DNA of 64,000 nucleotides, taken from positions 170,748,001 through 170,812,000 of the forward strand of contig NC_082710.1 of assembly GCF_030144855.1 (NCBI RefSeq). Reading direction: 5' to 3'. Below the pieces are notes generated by a model. That model was not told where the DNA came from. It saw only the letters and a list, made by a program, of their open reading frames with translations, and did no database searches. A program made the translations under genes and the position numbers. This document shows, one piece after another, positions 60,643 through 64,000 of this stretch; positions within the stretch are counted from its first letter, which is position 1; each line of letters begins with the position of its first letter. The stretch is from Hypanus sabinus (lineage: Eukaryota).

Positions 60643-63600
60643 GTAAGTCGTAAAGAAAAATAAAAACCCACAGATGCTGGAAATCTGAAATAAAATCAGA
60701 GAATTCAGCAGGTTAAACAGTATCTTCAGAATATCAAACAGAGTTAAGGTTCTGGTATAGTGGGTTTTGAACAGAACTGGGCAAAATCGAGAATATAGTT
60801 TAGATTGGATTGCTGTGAGGAGGGGATGGTAAAGAGAATAAAAGAGTGGAGAGCGAGAGAGACTGGATGTCATAAGTGGGGATTGCTCGCAATGAGGGAG
60901 GACGTGGATAACTGGTTCATTTTGCTTAGAAAAGTTTCAAGTGCTCGTCTCTATGTTTTTTGAATTTTGTGAAAGTCTGTCTTCACCAGCTCATTTACAA
61001 GGAGCATCCATCATCAAGGATTCCACCATCCAGGCCATACTGTCTTATCACTACTGCCATCAAGCATGAAGTACCAGAGCCTTGGGTCCCACACTACCAG
61101 TTCAGGAACAGTTATTTGCGTACAACACGGGTTCCCAATCTTCTGATATGCCATGGACCAATACCGTTAGGCAAGGATCCCACATTCAAAACCCTGCCCT
61201 ACAACCACCTGAACCAGTGTGAATAATCTCACTCACCTCAGCACTAAACTGACTCCACAACCAATAGACTAGCTTTCAAGAACTTTACACCTCAGTATTA
61301 TTTATTTATTTTTATTTATTCTTTGTCTTCTTTTGCACGCTGGTAGTTTGTCAGACTTTGTTCAACATAGTTTGTCATAAATTGTATTGTGCTTCTTTAC
61401 TTTCCTGTAAATCCTTGCAAGAAAATTATTCTCAAGGGGGGATACAGTATATGTTCTTCAATAATAAATGTATTTGAACTCTGAAGTGATGAGAAAGGAA
61501 TAAGAGTTCGGGAAGTGGCAGCACCACCGGGACAGGGATGTTATAGAGGCAAGTCGTTCAAAACTCTGACAGCAATGGGGAAGAAGCTGTTCTAGGAACA
61601 AAGGACATAGAGCATAGAATGTCAAACAGTACACGACAGGAACCACAATGTTGTGCTGGACTAATTAAACTAATGGTGTCTAATTATGCTCCACCCGTAC
61701 ATGGTCACTTCCCTCCATCCTGTCCATTGTGAGTATCTACGATTCTCTTAAACATCTCTGTTGTATCTGTCTTCTCCACCACTACCCCCGGCAGCACATT
61801 CCCAGCACCATCACTCCGTGTGGAAAGAAAAGCTTGCTCTATACACCTCCTATAAACTTTCCCCGTCTCAGCTTAAACGTTGAGTCTGGACGCCCCGGCT
61901 CTCGAGCTGCTGTAGACCATCAGAAATGCTCATTGTAATATCTTATTTCACAACAGGCTCAAGATGGGAATGCCCCTCCATGCCCGGTAAGATGGTGTCT
62001 TTTTCATTCGGAGTGTTCATAAGAAAACTGATTTGTAGCAAAATGTCACTAGTTTCATGTTCTCTACTTCCCGGTTCAAGGTCCGTCCTTGATCCAATCA
62101 ACACAACCCTATTCACCAACCCATTATGGCAACAGTTTGCAACTATAATGAAGTTTTTCTGGTCTAATTGCATTCTTTCTTGCAAAAATTCTGTATAATT
62201 GATGCTTCCTTGATGTTTTCCTTGTGAATGTTATTTATCTGATGTTGTGTGCCTGTGATGCTTCTGCAAGTCCATTTTTCATTGCATTTGTGCCTATATA
62301 TGATGATGTTATTGACCCAGGAGAGCTCCTGATCACTGTTATTGACCTGAAATGACCTCTGCCACCTCTATTGACCCAGGAAGATCTCACTAACTACACT
62401 AACTACAGATTATGCAATCCATGGATATTATTCCATATCTGATCACTAAACATTCGGTGCTTGAACCAACCTGCACAACCCTAATCACCACCTCAGTAAA
62501 GCAACGTTGCATTATGATGGAGTTTGTATTTGTTCTAATTGGGTTTCTTCTTAAGTAATTGGAGCCATCGAGCACTGTAACACAAAAAACAGGTTCTTCT
62601 AAAAATGACAATGGTCTTTGAGTGGTATGGGCTATCAAAGTCACTTGCTGCATGTAAATATTGTTTTCTTTTAATTAAGCCGTACCACATGCATTGTAAA
62701 TAGCTGTTTTTCATGGTCTGGAGTAACACCACAATCTCGTTGTCTTGAGCAACAACAATAAAGTTCTATTCCATTCTATTCTTCGACTAATCTAGTCTGT
62801 GACAACCCATCTCCTGTCCTTACACCTCCTCCCTCACCTCCATTTAGATCCCCAAACGGTCCTTCCAGGTGATGCAGCACTTCATGTGCAAGTCTGCTGG
62901 GGTCACCTATTGTGTCTGGCTCCCCATATGGCCTCCTCTGCATTGGTGAGATCTGTTGTAAACTGGGGGACTGTTTCGTCAAGCACCTCCTCACCATCCG
63001 CAAGAAGTGGGACTCCCTGCTAGCCAGACAAGTTAGTTCCAATATCCTATTCCTATTCTGATGTGTCAATCTGTGGCCACCTCTTGGGCCAAGGTGAGGC
63101 CACCCTCAGGGTGGAGGAGTAACTCCATCTGGGTACCCTTGAATCTGATAGCATGAATATTGATTTCTCCTTCTGGGAAGCAAATTTTCACTCCCCATTC
63201 TGACCTTTCACTTCTTCTCACCTGCCTATACCTTCTCTCTGGGTTCCTTTCCTCCTATGGTACTCTCTTCTCTCTTATCTGTTTCTTTCTTCTCCACTCC
63301 CTGACATTTCCCATCCACCTGGCTTCACCTAACACCTTCCAACTAGACTCTTTCTCTCTCCCACCTCACCTTTTGATTCTGGCATCTTCCCCCTTCCTTC
63401 TCAGCCCTGAAGAAGGGCCTCTGAAACGTCGACAGTTTATTCTTCTCCGCAGATGCTGCCTGACCTGCTGAGTTCCTCCAGTACTTTGTGTGTGTCACTT
63501 TGGATTTCCATCATCTGCAGAATTTATCAGGTTTGCATGTTGTGTATGCTTTATGTTTAACACATATATTTCTGTGACTGTTGTGTACCTGATGCAGAAT

Positions 63601-63735
63601 GCCTGTGATGTTGTTGCAAGTAAGTTTTTCATTGCACCTGTACATGTGCATACTGTACTTGTGCATCAAACAATAAACTTGACTTTGAAATTTTTAAAAA
63701 CTCTTGATGTCATAGAATCAAACATGCATTGGGCA

Positions 63736-64000
63736 TGTTCCTTCAAGAATCACCGATTCTGGCATGATCGCAGAGGACTAGAAGATTGTAAATGTCACTC
63801 CACTCTTTAAGAAGAGAGGAAGGCAAAGGAAAGGAAATTGTAGGCCAGTTAGCCTAACTCCAGTGGTTGGGAAACTGTTGGAGTTCATTGTTAAGGATGA
63901 GGTTAGTGATAAAGTAAGTCAAAGTCAGCATGGTTTCTGTGAAGGGAAATCTTGCCTGAGAAATCTGTTAGAGTTCTTTGAGGAAGTTGCAAGCAGGGTG
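63736..64000 (+). mobile_element. CR1 RT N-terminal fragment
   Basis: Encodes D.KI.NVTPLFKK.GR...N.RPVSLT.VVGKLLE..Q.GF..GKSCL.NL.EFFE-like motifs. Confidence 0.8.

Larger units (their letters stand above)
48062..63735 (+). repeat. Segmental duplication: direct copy of window positions 1 to about 15770
   Basis: Position 1 (aattaaataacaagggactt) matches 48062, and the colinear L1, CR1, SINE and exon order continues to about 63735. Roughly 95-99% identical by eye, with several indels. Confidence 0.95.

Overview
Repeat-rich vertebrate genomic DNA with two N gaps. The mix of CR1, Rex1/Babar, L1, Penelope and V-SINE repeats points to a cartilaginous fish, possibly a ray (inference). The window holds two tandem paralogs, about 48 kb apart and both on the + strand, of an NKp30/NCR3-family receptor with germline-joined VJ-type Ig domains. 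Gene 1 was assembled by hand from canonical AG/GT exons with compatible phases and no stops: V exon 8242-8571, TM exon 9415-9528, then ten small cytoplasmic exons ending at the stop at 25525. It has an uncharged TM and a 181-aa tail with a canonical ITIM (IQYTVI) and a second YxxL (YNEL) 29 residues later, i.e. an inhibitory-type version of a receptor that is activating in mammals. Its leader, and probably a first V domain, lie upstream of the window. Gene 2 has a leader (38238-38280), a different VJ exon present twice either side of an N gap (39626-39964 and 43689-44027), then TM and tail exons (56373-60642, presumably continuing past the window). The V exon of gene 1 has been cleanly deleted from gene 2 (about 1.2 kb, junction at 56273-56274), so the paralogs appear to differ in ectodomain number. 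Repeat boundaries and identity values are by-eye estimates, exon models are unverified by transcripts, and no database searches were run.
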